Below are positions 10,895-23,430 of a stretch of 42,896 nt of DNA, piece after piece; position 1 is the stretch's first letter, and the number at the start of each line of letters is the position of its first letter. Made by a program: the position numbers and the translations under genes. A model generated the notes under the pieces. It had not been told where the DNA came from and did not search any database. It saw only the letters and a list, made by a program, of their open reading frames with translations. The DNA comes from Octopus bimaculoides (Eukaryota): assembly GCF_001194135.2 (NCBI RefSeq), contig NC_068993.1, forward strand, positions 21,548,196 through 21,591,091. Reading direction: 5' to 3'.

Positions 10895-11395
10895 CATAAA
10901 CTGAGAAAGGTATGGGGTTCAAAGTTAGCAAGGCTGGCAACAGTGGAGTTGTTCTTCAATAAGGGGCTGAAACATGGACGCTCACTAACGCATTGAAGAA
11001 ACAGTTGGACGGTTGTTATACGAAGATGCTTAGAATGAGACTCAATGTATTCTGGAAGAGTCATACAAGAAACGCCGACTACCAAAAGTAACATTGTGAC
11101 TACCAAATGTAACATTGAAGGTATAGCATGGAAGGATGAGACAGCTGGAAACTGCATCAGACACACCAATGAAATTGCTAACAAGCTAGTGCTCTGGCAA
11201 CCAACAGAACGAAGAACTAAGAGAGGAAGGACGAAGAGGACCTATATCGACAACTTGCTGGAGGGTACTGGTATGGAAGGAGTAGAAGAGCTGAAGGCCA
11301 TTATGGAAGATCAAGATGAATGGGGAAAACGTGTGGAAACAGTATTGGGGCGTCCTATGGGACGACCTAGATGAGATGATGGACAACAGTTTAAA
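10895..11395 (+). mobile_element. RTE-clade LINE 3' fragment
   Basis: ETWTLTNALKKQLDGCYTKMLRM, then AGNCIRHTNEIANKLVLWQP..RGRTKRTYIDNLLEGTG..MEDQDEW, typical of the RTE post-RT C-terminus; short gatga repeats at the 3' end. Confidence 0.85.
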
Positions 11396-11902
11396 CATCG
11401 CAAGTTGAATGTTTAAAAATAGCTAGAGTAAATCTAAATGAAATTCGAAAGTGTCCCAAAGGCGAAAATGGAAGTGAAATCTGCTTCGTGGTGAGAAGAT
11501 AAAGCAGAGATTGAATAAGTCCAAATTAAGGTTTCCGCAGTAGCTAAAAAACTTTAATTTTAGCTCCCCATAATCAATACTAGCTACAAATAATTGTAAA
11601 AATGCACTTGAGAAAGAAGCCTCTCTTCTGTAGCTATTTTAGCAATAAAGTTTCACTATTTCATCAACGGTTGACCAGTATTTGCCAAGTCCGACTACTC
11701 ACACACAATATGGAATAGGAAGTTATGTTTTCAGGGCACTAATGATTATCCTCCTATGTAAAAAAGTAAAACGTTATAAAAAAAAACGCTATACATTTGG
11801 ATACTGACATGGACGTTAAGGCAAAACTTCAAGAAAATTAATACATATTATCGAAATGACACTGTCAAATATATGTACTCTTTTGTATGTAAAATAAAGT
11901 AG

Positions 11903-12059
11903 ATATATTCGATCATAGTATTAAAAGAACAAAAGTTGGGCTTGGAATTGAAATCATTTCCAATGTTAAATGGAGAATTATCTACGATGAAGAACATGAT
12001 TGTGGGCATAAAAGTAACATTAGCGTTTACACTGTTACAATCAAAATTAGACATTTTAA
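11903..12059 (+). CDS. Candidate exon; frame and acceptor uncertain (e.g. VLKEQKLGLELKSFPMLNGELSTMKNMIVGIKVTLAFTLLQSKLDIL)
   Basis: Strong donor |gtaagtt at 12060 and two frames open over ~150 nt. The acceptor is weak, with alternatives at 11900, 11903 and 11919. Confidence 0.3.
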
Positions 12060-12111
12060 GTAAGTTAATTTCTATTCATTAGCGAAATTCTTCGAGTACA
12101 TTCTCTGAAAA

Positions 12112-12188
<77 letters not shown>

Positions 12189-12279
12189 CCACTTTAGAAA
12201 AAGCACCGAAGAAAGAGCATAGCAAACTACTCTATGAACTCAACAATCTAAAATATAAAACAATTCATATTACCGTTGT

Positions 12280-12435
12280 TTCGTCTGTCTTTACGTTCTG
12301 AGTTTAAATTCTGCCGAGTTCGACTTTGCCTTTCATCCTTTCGGGGTTGATAAATTAAGTACCAGTTGCGACTGGGGTCGATCTAATCAACTGGCCCCTC
12401 TACAAAAATTTCGGGCCTGCTGCCCAGAGTACAAA
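12280..12435 (+). mobile_element. SINE family 2 fragment
   Basis: tacgttctgagtttaaattctgccgagttcgactttgcctttcatcctttcggggttgataaattaagtaccag. Confidence 0.8.
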
Positions 12436-12962
12436 AAGAATATTTTGAATATAGGATGGTATTGATATACTATAATACAGATTCAATTGTTAGGAGTAGC
12501 AAAAGCATTCCTGATCACGTAGCATCAAGATGTAACGTGGCTGCTTTGTATTCTGAAAATATTAGACATATATCATGTATATTATACTAAATAATTAAAT
12601 AAATTTAGTGTCTATAAAAAAGATGTGATGGACCTACAAGCAGAAATACGAAACAGACAAGGATACGCACGTACACACACACACACACACATGCACACAT
12701 TCACTTAAATATATGTATGTACACATAGATATGAATCAAGTTATTCGACTTTTGCTTGCTGGTAAAATTTAATTTATGCACGACAGAAGAAGGATACGAA
12801 ATGTTCTCCCAGATAAAAATGAACTTTGAAAAGTAAAGTACGAAAATTAATCACGAAAAACAATTTTTCCGGTTGACTCTCTTCGACGACTATGTCAGTT
12901 TCACTCTATGTATACATGATCTTTGCAAAAGTCTACGACTGCATTTCTAATATAGATATATA

Positions 12963-13107
12963 TTAGGAAGTTAAAAGTTATGGCAGGTCATAGAGTCACC
13001 ATTGGTTTCGCAGGTATAAAGGACTTGAGTCGTCTGCACTGTAAAGTATTTTATGGGTACGATACCAATTACCATTCTGTTACCGGTCATAACTTCTAAC
13101 TTCCTAA
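12963..13107. mobile_element. MITE-like fold-back element
   Basis: TIR ttaggaagttaaaagttatggcaggt / accggtcataacttctaacttcctaa (3 mismatches in 26), with an inner imperfect inverted repeat. Confidence 0.65.
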
Positions 13108-13151
13108 AGAATATATTACTGCTTTAATGCCATACACACACACGCTCGCAC

Positions 13152-13209
<58 letters not shown>

Positions 13210-13295
13210 CGTTTGGACACACACATATCTATCGTCGGACATGTATATTTATACATGTGTGTGTGTGTGTGTGTATGTGTGTGCGTGTATTTTTA

Positions 13296-15660
13296 CTAGC
13301 TGCAGTTCGAGAGCTGCGGCCATGCTGGGGTACCACCGTGAGTTTTGCTACCACTTTGAAACCTACCTGTGAGATGTAGCATTTGGTGAATGACGGAGTT
13401 TGATGTTGCTGTCCTCATATGCGCTTCTTGCCACAAGATAGTTTCATCCAGATCTCATGATAGGAGGGAATATAGTTTTGTTTTGAAAACACCTACATCC
13501 CCCCACTGTTGGTCTGTCAGGCATTTTAGATGGATATTGAAAAGCTATGAGCCCTTGAAACCCAAGTTGTTGCAATATCTGGTCCTGTATCCTGATAGCA
13601 ATGTTGAGATTGTTGGCACTGTTCTGTGTCGCACCGTTTGTGTAACTTTCAATGATGTAGTCTGGTAGAAGTCCTTCCAGGAGTTTCCAGATATCTATCA
13701 CTGCATATCTTTCCTACCTTTGTTCAAGGAAGTAGAGTCTTTACTTTTTTCGTCTTTCTCAGTAGCTGCCATGTAGCAATGAGACTATCATCTTTGTGTA
13801 GCTTCGCTGGATTGCCTCGAGTACCACCGTAAATTTTACATTGCATGGTGATCATAGTTTGGGGCAGTAGTTGAAACAGTTGAGGAATATGTCGTCCAGA
13901 AAAACATCATTGTTTTCTGCTATTTTGTTCTGAATGGTTTTTAGGATCTATCTGACTAACTGTCTGCATTTTATTGCCAAATCAGTAACATGCGTTCGGA
14001 AAGATACATCATTAGTCGTTTCAATGCTCAGGTCGCGCACTAATTGTGATTCAGAGATCACAATCCCTCTTAGGTCAGTGTATCTTGTCTGCTTTTCTTT
14101 CAGTTTTGCATGTTGGTAGTGTAGAGCTTGGAAATTTCCAGTATTAAACTGCATGTTATTGCCTTCAGTCCGCTTGAATATTGCGCCCACCACCTGTTGC
14201 AGCTGCGCAACTAACCCAGGGTTCTCTATCCTCAGGGAAACTTTTTTATCGTCTGCATTACTAGCAATGGTGGCTATATGGACAGCTGAGACACGGCTGA
14301 TAGTCACTATGAATTACAGCCTTAAGATAGCGCCCTATGGGTAACCATTCACTATTCATTTTTTGTGATACCTTGGAAGTTGGTTACTACTGCCTGATTT
14401 CTTGCTTTTAGAAAGTCGTATACCCACACTCCAAGTATCGCGACTATGCAAATATCACACCGCTCGTAGTATATCATACATTATTCTATTTTATCAAAGG
14501 CTTTAGCAAAGTTGAAATGTATCACACTCACTTTTGAATTGCTGAGTAGCAGCTTTAAAATGAAGTTGTAGTGCTGTAAGTGCTGCATTAGGCAGCTTGT
14601 ATCTGGTCAAAAACCATGCTGGGTGTCAGTCAGCATGTCATTCTCTTCAAGGAGCACAATTAGTTCAATCCTTTGAACTATTTGTTCCATGACCTTGCTG
14701 ATGTGTGAAGTCTTAGGGATAGGCTTATAACCTTTAGCATCAGCCCTGCTCTTCCTCCTTTATGGATAAGGCCTATTGTCCCCTTCTTACAATTTGCAAA
14801 GAATCCCTGGAAAAGAAGCTGCAGTGCTTTTGCAAGGGTCGTTCGCATGATTTAAGAAGGATTGGTAGGAATCCATCAGGACTAACAGCTAAGACTGCAT
14901 GTATCAAAATTGTGTCCTTCTTTTCTTTGATGTCGATGTAATCAATTGCTACTACCTCACATGTGTTGTGGTAAACAATTCTTCAGGTTTCCTGTCTTGC
15001 ATGTGCGGTCAGGTTGGTGTGAAATCATTTTTTAATTGTCCATTCAGTGTTTCACTTATCCTCATTGCGTTACCTGTGTGAGAACCACCATTTTGGAGAT
15101 GTGGCCCCAGCCTGCAACTCACAGAGGCCGTTTCTTTGGTATACGTAAAGAAAGATTTAATGTTTAATTGTATATTTTCCATAAACCAGGCTTCTTTTCT
15201 CCTTTTTCAGATTTTCTTTAATCTCCATCAGTGTAGTTTATAGGCGGACGGGATTTTTCACTGCTGTTGAGTTCCCTGTTTAGACAGATTGCAAATTTGA
15301 GCGCCGTCTCATGAAAAGTTTCCTCTCCTTGCGAATGTTGTCCTCATGTATAGCTGCCTTTTACTTTGAGACACTCTTCTAGCACATGGTGTGCATTACA
15401 AATATAAATTCTTTGAGTTTCATATCGATGCCAGGTGTAGATACATTGAGAGAAATCTCCTTTGATGATCTCTTTGGCAATCGATTTCCAGTCTGTTTTA
15501 TGGAGGTTAAGATAGGATAGACTTCGGGTGCTTTTTTTAGTCTGTATGTCTGGGGTTTCTTTGGTCCATACGCGGTCAGCTCTATCATATTGAAATCGTG
15601 TCCATTCTGTCGCTTCACAATATAACGTATAGTGTACGTGTATTTCTGCATCTGTGATGT
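13296..15660 (-). mobile_element. CR1-like LINE, 5'-truncated and degenerate ORF2
   Basis: Post-endonuclease region LSYLNLHKTDW; RT motifs KGGSRADAKGYKPIPKTSHISKVMEQIV, NFAKAFDK and SNADDKKVS..NNMQFNTGNFQAL; C-terminus DIWKLLEGLLP. Many stops and frameshifts; 3' tail at 13296-13340. Confidence 0.88.
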
Positions 15661-15879
15661 CGAATTTTAGATGCATTTCATTGCACGCACGCACACACAC
15701 ACACACACATACACACACAAACACACACACATAGACGCATAAATACACACACAAACACACACACGCACGCATGCACTCACGCACTCACGCATGCATGCAC
15801 TTACTTACAATTACACACAAGCATATATATTTGCGTTGATGTTCACTTATAATAAAGACAATTTTCCATTAATATGAAG

Positions 15880-17391
15880 GATTAATGTACACAATCAATG
15901 CTAAACGGAGTAATTTTTATGTTAATGTCCATATATGTTTGGAGAATGGGGTATCATTGGTTGGTTGTAGCGTGTTTTTGATCTGGGTCACTTGAGATGC
16001 TAAGTATGTAGATATAGTAGTTGGTGTCGTCTCCGTGGTTACCGTTGTGCTACATATGATATTGCTTGAGAACCAAGTTCCTTCTATAGGGCACGATAAT
16101 GTTCTACAACTGCAATTTTTATGTTATATTGAGGTTTTCACTTTAAGACCACATTTGGTAATTGCAATTGTGTAAAAAAAAATTTGAAATTGTCGGTTGT
16201 GGAGTATGACAATTTTACGTTGTTTTTGTTTTTGTTTATTAGTTTGTAATACTTTTGGCTGGAATGGAAGTAATTTTGCCGCATTCTGAAAAATACTTTT
16301 GCTATTAGAGCCAAGACTAGTATGTTGAAGTGCAGATTAAACAAGATGATTTTGTTTTTCCTTTTTCTTGTGTAAAAATTTATTTGTTGTTTATATAGTT
16401 GTTGACGCCGTCATTGAGAACTTCAGTGTATGCAGTTGCTATTTTTTCATGCAAATGTAACATGTTTTTCATTTGAAGATGAAAAGGAAAGTCTAAGAGA
16501 AATGTTCTTTACAATGTTTGTAAAATTGATTTTTGAGTGGTTGGATTGATTATGAATACATTATGAATTTTTCGTTGCCTTTATTGTCGAGTCTGTAGAT
16601 ACTGGATTCTAGGCTAAGTGTATCTTCTAGGAAGTCGACTGACTTTAGTTGTGTTTCGACTGTAATAGAGAAGGTCAAGTTCTTAAACAAGTGACTTAAT
16701 TCTATTCTAAATTTATCAGATTTTTCCGAGTTATAGTTTCTTAGAAAGAGTATACCGTCATCCGTATACAGACCATCTGAGACGGATAAGCGTTGCCTAT
16801 TCTTTTGATCCTATGCGTATATCAAAAAGTTCTTTAATGGAAGAGAAGCTTTTTCCTTGCTTGTAATACTGTTTCTATATCGGTGAGCTTATTGTAGTTA
16901 TAGCTTTAGCGAAGTACAAATAAGCCATAAAGATAGGCTTTGTTTTTGACGCGTAATAATCTCGGATATCAAAGAAATGGCATTCATTTTTGTGTTGGAT
17001 CTTCTTAAACTAATCTATCATTTTGTATGTGTTACTCTAGATATAATGTTAATATCGCTTTCATTTTTGATGGGAATTTGTCAGTTTAAAAAAAAATTAA
17101 TAATGGTGCCCAGGCCTGGTTTTGAAGGATTTATAGGTCTGCTATTGTTTGGTTTGCTGTCTTTCATGGTCATATATGGGCATTTTGGTGTTAAGGTGTT
17201 AACACAATCCTTTATTATAAGTTTAGGGGTCTTATTTGTAGCTGTGGTATTTATATAAGTTAAAGCTGCATATGTTGATTCTTTGCTTGTGCGTTAGAGA
17301 CGGTGTTCGAAAGGAACCGGATATGTGTAGTTTCACTTATCTGGTGGAGGTTATTTGTGTTGTCCGATTTCACAAATATAGTTCGGCTTAT
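15880..17391 (-). mobile_element. Penelope-like element PLE1: RT and C-terminal GIY-YIG, degenerate
   Basis: IFVKSDNTNNL; MTMKDSKPN..RPINPSKPGLG; FFDIRDYYAS; ITVETQLKSVDFLEDTL; FNLHFNILVLALIAKVF..NVKLSYST; NCSCRTLSCPIEG..SSNII; TPFSKHIWTL. The order matches PLE RT-linker-GIY-YIG. Confidence 0.85.
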
Positions 17392-17808
17392 TAATAAAAG
17401 CAGCAAGTAAAGAAACAGACCGGCTAAAACATACCACCTACTTACATTCTTTTACATTGTTTTGTGAAGCTTTAAAACAATTTATTAGAAACATTTTGAA
17501 ACATCAAAGTCCTTAGGTCTTAAAAACAAGAGTAAAGTTCAAACTTTTAACATTGCATGCATACACACATACATACATACATACATACATACACACACAC
17601 ACATTGGGAAAAGGTTTGGGGAAGAATTTATTCAAACTACTATCGTTCATGTTTGAAGTTGTGATTAGCAGCTGAGGCGCAAAGAAGCAATTTTGGATGA
17701 AGCTGCTGTTTATATGATTCTGTACAAAATTTCGATACAAGAAATAACAACAGAACTGCTAAATGCACGCATGAACGATCGATTGTTTTCGAAACCGAAT
17801 ACTCGACC

Positions 17809-17875
<67 letters not shown>

Positions 17876-18360
17876 GTCTATATGTATGTCTGTCTGTCTG
17901 CTTGTCTGCCTGTCTGTCTGTCCACCACCTCTCCAACAGTCCGTCCGTCCATCCGTCCGTTTATATATGCATGTATGTACGTATATATGTACGTGTGTAT
18001 GTATGGGGAGAGAGAGGATAGCCAAGTTATTCAGTAATATGCATAACCCAGCAATATAAAGAAGTTAATGCAAGAACGTATATTGCGCACATTATTTTAG
18101 CTGAGTTGGCATAAACTGCAATAATTTGGTCCATGTTTTACGAATTGAAAGCAAAAGCGTTATTAAATGAGACATTGTTTTCATCTATGTACCTGATAAA
18201 TTATTTAAGATGATGAAAATAAATATGTTGGCATATTATGGTATATTTGATCTTATCTGTTTTCATTAATGACAATAGAAATGATAAATTTCCGATGTAG
18301 AACGTTGTATAATATACTAATGGGTTCTTACATTTGGATAATTTCAATGCCTTCTTTTAG

Positions 18361-18426
18361 AAATACGTTTATTCGCGGCAAGAAAATGTTTATATGATGA
18401 ATGTTTGCCTTTGCTGTGGTTTCCAT
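18361..18426 (+). CDS. Candidate exon, IRLFAARKCLYDECLPLLWFP
   Basis: ccttcttttag| acceptor, |gtaaga donor, phase 1-1, joins 18732 in frame. Confidence 0.55.
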
Positions 18427-18731
18427 GTAAGATTATATTTTTATTTTGAGACGCAAAGAATACACCCTTCGTTACTCTACTTATAACCTTTGGCATATTG
18501 TTATAAATATCTTTTTTTTCTTTTTAGTTTGTAACAATTTAATTTTCATTGTTAATTTTCCTGGACATTTATACAAACATTTCCAGCTTTTTAAATGAAA
18601 TTCCATGCCTCTGAAATGAATTCATGAATTTATTCGCATTTAAGGTGTTATAATAAAAAGGTTTGAATTGTCAGTTCTAAATTAAAGTTATACAAAAATA
18701 TCCATTACGAAAGATAAGAACAATTTAACAG

Positions 18732-18768
18732 TAAATTTCCAAGATGAAGTGAGTTATATGAGCGAAAG
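18732..18768 (+). CDS. Candidate exon, (L)NFQDEVSYMSE(R)
   Basis: ttaacag| acceptor, AAAG|gtaata donor, open only in phase 1 to 2. Confidence 0.5.
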
Positions 18769-19017
18769 GTAATATCTGTGGAGGCTTTTACTAATGACGT
18801 TTACAAATTCTACCATGTGTGTGCGCGTACAAATCAAGCTAAATTTAACCTGACATCTATTCATACGTGTGTGCGCGAGCGCGCATATGCTTGGGAGTGT
18901 ATGTACGATAGTTTAAAATTGCTTATCTATAAACAGGAAATGATTGGAAATGCATGTATATTAAGTGAAACGGAGCAGGGCATTGAACCACCAAAATACT
19001 AGGTTTCCTATTTTCAG

Positions 19018-19060
19018 GTGTCTGTGGTTGAATGATATTTATATATACAAACACATCACT
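19018..19060 (+). CDS. Candidate exon, CLWLNDIYIYKHIT; 3' end uncertain
   Basis: tttcctattttcag| acceptor, phase-2 start continues the previous exon. Ends at donor |gtaata or reads through to a stop at ~19140. Confidence 0.4.
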
Positions 19061-19405
19061 GTAATACGAAGTTACTTTATTCTGGAAGTTATTTCTGATA
19101 GTATACTGGACAACAGTATAATATTATTTTTCACCGAATGATTCATTTTGATATATACACATGCATGTATATATGGATGTATGTATGTGTATATGTAAAT
19201 AAGAATGTATGTATATGTGCGTGCATGTATATATATATATGAAATTTACAGAAAAACAAAAAAACTAAGACAGGTGTATAAACAACAAGCAGTTTGATGC
19301 CCGGGAAGGTGAGGAAGTGTTTTACGTGTCAACCTACGCTCTTCAACCGAAAGGAACACGAGGAAATAAACAGAGGCAGAAAAAAAAACCTTTCATGTTT
19401 GCGGT

Positions 19406-19442
<37 letters not shown>

Positions 19443-19664
19443 GAGGAAATATTCAGGAGTGAATATTTATATAGATATTTTATTGTTATTATTATCCTAT
19501 TATCCAGAGGCTGTCATATTTGTGGGTCCTTATGATATATATATATANNNNNNNNNNNNNNNNNNNNNNNNNNNNNNNNNNNNNNNNNNNNNNNNNNNNN
19601 NNNNNNNNNNNNNNNNNNNNNNNNNNNNNNNNNNNNNNNNNNNNATATATATACCCTTTTATTA

Positions 19665-20021
19665 GCGTGTAGCTCCGGCGAAGGTCTGATTGAAGAATTC
19701 CTCTCTGATACTGTTTTGTGAAAGGAGTTGGTATATTTAGAGAACTTTAAATTCTTAATCGTATTCATTATATCTGTTTCAAAATAAGCGAGATCCGGAT
19801 GGAAAGGAGGATTCCTATAAGATTTAAGGTTATAAAAGCCTTTATCAAAATCAGATTTGTTTTTACTGTCCAATTCCATTTTGTTACTTTTCTAAAAAGA
19901 AACCACGCTATCTCAGTTTGTTAATAAACTCGGAAGTTCTATGTATAAGCGACTCCGTGTATAGTTTCCTCGAACGTATGGGAATATTGTTAGTTGATAG
20001 ACCTAGAAGCTGTTTATTCAT
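19665..20021 (-). mobile_element. Penelope-like element N-terminal segment, probably the 5' part of PLE1
   Basis: ATG at 20021: MNKQLLGLSTNNIPIRSRKLYTESLIHRTSEFINKLR*RGFF, then NLKSYRNPPFHPDLAYFETDIMNTIKNLKFSKYTNSFHK. This is the PLE N-terminal region that precedes the 'V.ADKT.N' motif. Confidence 0.8.
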
Positions 20022-20665
20022 TTTGCAGCCTATATGTATTGCTCCATATAGCCAGTGAGTATAGGAGGATAATTTTATAACTTCGTTAAACCGAAAGGCA
20101 ATTTCGTTAAACCGAAGAGCAAAAATAAAAATAGAACTACAGCTGGAAGTGCTCAGCTAACACCGAGGCGAAAGGAGAAATAAATTGAAAGGTATAAGGA
20201 ATAATCGAGCCCTCAAGTTTCCGTTCAATATTCACTGTATATTAAAATTTACTCATGTACGGATTGCTTTAGATATTACCGATAAACTATTTTCGAAATA
20301 TATTGCTTTCTGACGTGCCATCGAACTCCGTTAGAACATTGTTTTTACGAAACCATTGAATATAAAAAATTCCTGCAAATTATGTATTTTTAGTCATATG
20401 TAATTCCATTGTCGATAGAAAAAAACCCAATATGTCTATGAATAAAAGAATAGTGATTAGCTGGAATAATTCGGTTGATCACTTTCTTTCCGCCCACAAT
20501 GCATATAGTGACTTGATGCTTACTGATGTACTTAATAGAGTTTTGGCTTGTGATCTACTAGTATATCTACTGTGGTGCACTGTAATATTGAAACCAAAGA
20601 CTATTCATTTACTAGTAATTCGAAGACATGAAAACACACGTAGACACATAGGCCACACACGCGCG

Positions 20666-20746
<81 letters not shown>

Positions 20747-21098
20747 NNNNNNNNNNNNNNNNNNNNNNNNNNNNNNNNNNNNNNNNNNNNNNNNNNNNNN
20801 NNNNNNNNNNNNNNNNNNNNNNNNNNNNNNNNNNNNNNNNNNNNNNNNNNNNNNNNNNNNNNNNNNNNNNNNNNNNNNNNNNNNNNNNNNNNNNNNNNNN
20901 NNNNNNNNNNNNNNNNNNNNNNNNNNNNNNNNNNNNNNNNNNNNNNNNNNNNNNNNNNNNNNNNNNNNNNNNNNTCTTATATATATATATATATATATAT
21001 ACATATATATAGATATATAGATATTTATGTATTTATGTATGCATAAGTAATTATTTGAATGAGGGAAGGAGAAATCAAATTTCATATAGCGTACCATA

Positions 21099-21349
21099 TT
21101 ATGCATTTCATAGAATGTTGTGTAATAAATGCCATAATACATGGAAATATATAAGAATTCTATAGTCCATTCGCTTCCTCAGATGTCATTCTTTCAAAGC
21201 ACGATTGACAAAATGAATGTTTTGGGATGACTTCATAGGGTGTCACAATATGTAAATAGACCGAACATGTATAGCTTTCACTTGATATCTCATGTAGGTC
21301 TTAAGACTCTAAATATTAACAAAAGTTTTAGAATAAAGTCAAAATAAAG
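21099..21349 (+). repeat. Left arm of a ~250-bp inverted repeat
   Basis: ctatagtccattcgcttcctcagatg and tatagctttcacttgatat match the reverse complement of 24750-25012 exactly; roughly 80% similar overall by eye. Confidence 0.9.
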
Positions 21350-21774
21350 AGAAAATGGAATTTATGGGTAGATCAAATCGTTTACTGCAGAACGGCCATT
21401 AGCCATTTTATGACTTAAACAATTCGTAAAGGAGGTTTGTGTTTTAAATTCACCTACCTTTTCAGTCAAATCCTCCGGAAACCATGCACTCATCCACTTA
21501 CAAAAATGCACACACTGACATACAATTACATACACTGATATGAAAATATCCACCTACTCTTACACACAAAATTGCGAGTCTAAGATGGCCACACACATAT
21601 CATGTACATGATACATATAGACATACATACACGGATATACATAGAGTCAAACACTTACATGTCCAAATACACACAAGCACGCCTACATGCATACATACGC
21701 ATTGGCTTACATGTAATCATCGATATACATAAATACACACACTGAAATGAATTAGCATCTACGTACTCGCGCAC

Positions 21775-23345
21775 ACAAAGATTCTGTTTACGTTTCGGAC
21801 CTAGTGGGTATATATATTTCAAACAGGTTAACAATGAATTTTCCGGATATTACGGGCGGTCTACATCGGGAAGGCGCATTATCTATTTTCAGAAATCGCC
21901 GTAAATCTATACTTGAAAGAATAAGTTAAACTTATATCATTTCTTATTAGATATGCGGTTATTGATTTCTCTCAAAAAGGAACATAAGATAGTAAGTTTT
22001 CTTGTCGTGACACTTCAACTTAATATGGGTCTATATAAACCGTATCACGAGCCAAATGAGAACCTACATTACGCAAAGATAAATTCTAACTATCCAAGCC
22101 AATACTCTATAGTTAACAGTGTATCATTCAAGATCTCTAAATAATCAGCAAATGAGGAGATTTTTCAACTAGAATGCTAAATATTATAACAGTGCTCTTA
22201 GAAATATTGGATACTAAGAAACTATTGAATATACACCGGACGCAACGAACCTGACCTGACTAGATGTAGAATTACTGTGGGATATTTAAGCTCTAAAGGT
22301 AGAGGCTACAATCCCACTACACAGCCTAGCATTAATGTCATTCATAACCACCTTGTGAATGGATGTTACCCTTCAAGTCTACACTACTGAAGGAACGTAG
22401 GTTTCAACCTTACACGCATCTCCCTCCTGCTATAGATAAAGTGGACGAGACTATGTTTATAACTAAAGAATATTGAATGTATAGATTTGATATTTATTGC
22501 CCCATGTGCAGTAAATGTCAAATCTCACCCAAGAAATTTTCTTGGAAATAATTTGGTAAATCAGAGTTTTCAGAATGATTGTCCAGGTTCGATATACCTA
22601 TCATTATAAGTATATCGAAGCGGGAAGGCACTTATAACATAGCTTGTGAAAGGAATAAGTTGCTGAGGACTTAAGTCAATCTAGTTCTGTTTGTCGCCTC
22701 CCCAATGGTTGGATTACTCAATCAGTAGGTTACTAACGGCGACGAAGATGCACACATTACTACCACATTACATAATAGCCATTGCTTTCTTAAGAATAGA
22801 TATGATAGTAATAACAGTAATTTCAGCTGCGATGAGAATGTACGGAGTAACGAATTAACTAGCCAAGATATTCGTGTTAAGTATGATAACCCATCTCCTC
22901 GTATTGACAATTGCATAGGTCCTGAGAGAAGGATAGAATTATGTTTACTTACAGAAGACCGGCTGAGTATCTCCTACAAAATAGATGCCTCATAAATAAT
23001 GTTGTTTACAAATGTTGTTTCCTTATATCTGGAAAAACATATAATTAGATTGCTGCGACTTCAAATAAATGTAAGATCTGATTACGAAAGCATTATATAA
23101 TTTTAGGAATGAAAGCTAGGATAATTTCACTTCATTATCGAAGCTAATATGGGAGCTTAAACAGAACGGCAAGAACTACTCAAGCTGTTTGTCTATTATC
23201 AAATGCGCTACGGCTTACACAGGCGGTGGAGGATATTGTGTGCTCTACTGTAGCAATGCGCTCCCTATTATGAACTTCAAAGACATCTTGATAAATAAAT
23301 TCCACGAAGTTATTGTGAGGTGATCACATCTTAGAACGTTCCTTT
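21775..23345 (+). mobile_element. Penelope-like element PLE2, 5'-truncated: RT C-terminal half, linker and GIY-YIG, degenerate
   Basis: SDLVGIYIF; KIVSFLVVTLQLNMGLYKPYHEPNENLHY; YYNSALRNIGY; RRPAEYLLQNRCLINNVVYKC; TSLSKLIWELKQNG; AYTGGGGYCVL; LINKFHEVIVR. Confidence 0.85.
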
Positions 23346-23395
23346 ACAACACATATTAACTAAATTTACTTCTCAGATTGTCTTTGATTCATGAT

Positions 23396-23430
23396 CACGT
23401 TTCGAACCATAAGCTTTATCTTCTTCGGGT
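23396..23430 (-). ncRNA. Degenerate hammerhead-like motif, probably inactive
   Basis: Minus strand CCCGAAGA-A-GATAAAGCTTATGGTTC-GAAACGTG has CCGA for CUGA and GUG for GUH; ~50 nt past the end of the PLE2 ORF. Confidence 0.35.

Noticed and set aside
20461-20581. Open stretch WNNSVDHFLSAHNAYSDLMLTDVLNRVLACDLLVYLLWCT
   Set aside because: Coding-like, but the acceptor has no pyrimidine tract and the phase does not fit neighbouring candidates.
21450-21500. Minus-strand exon candidate WMSAWFPEDLTEK with donor gtaggt
   Set aside because: AAG acceptor and no partner exons.
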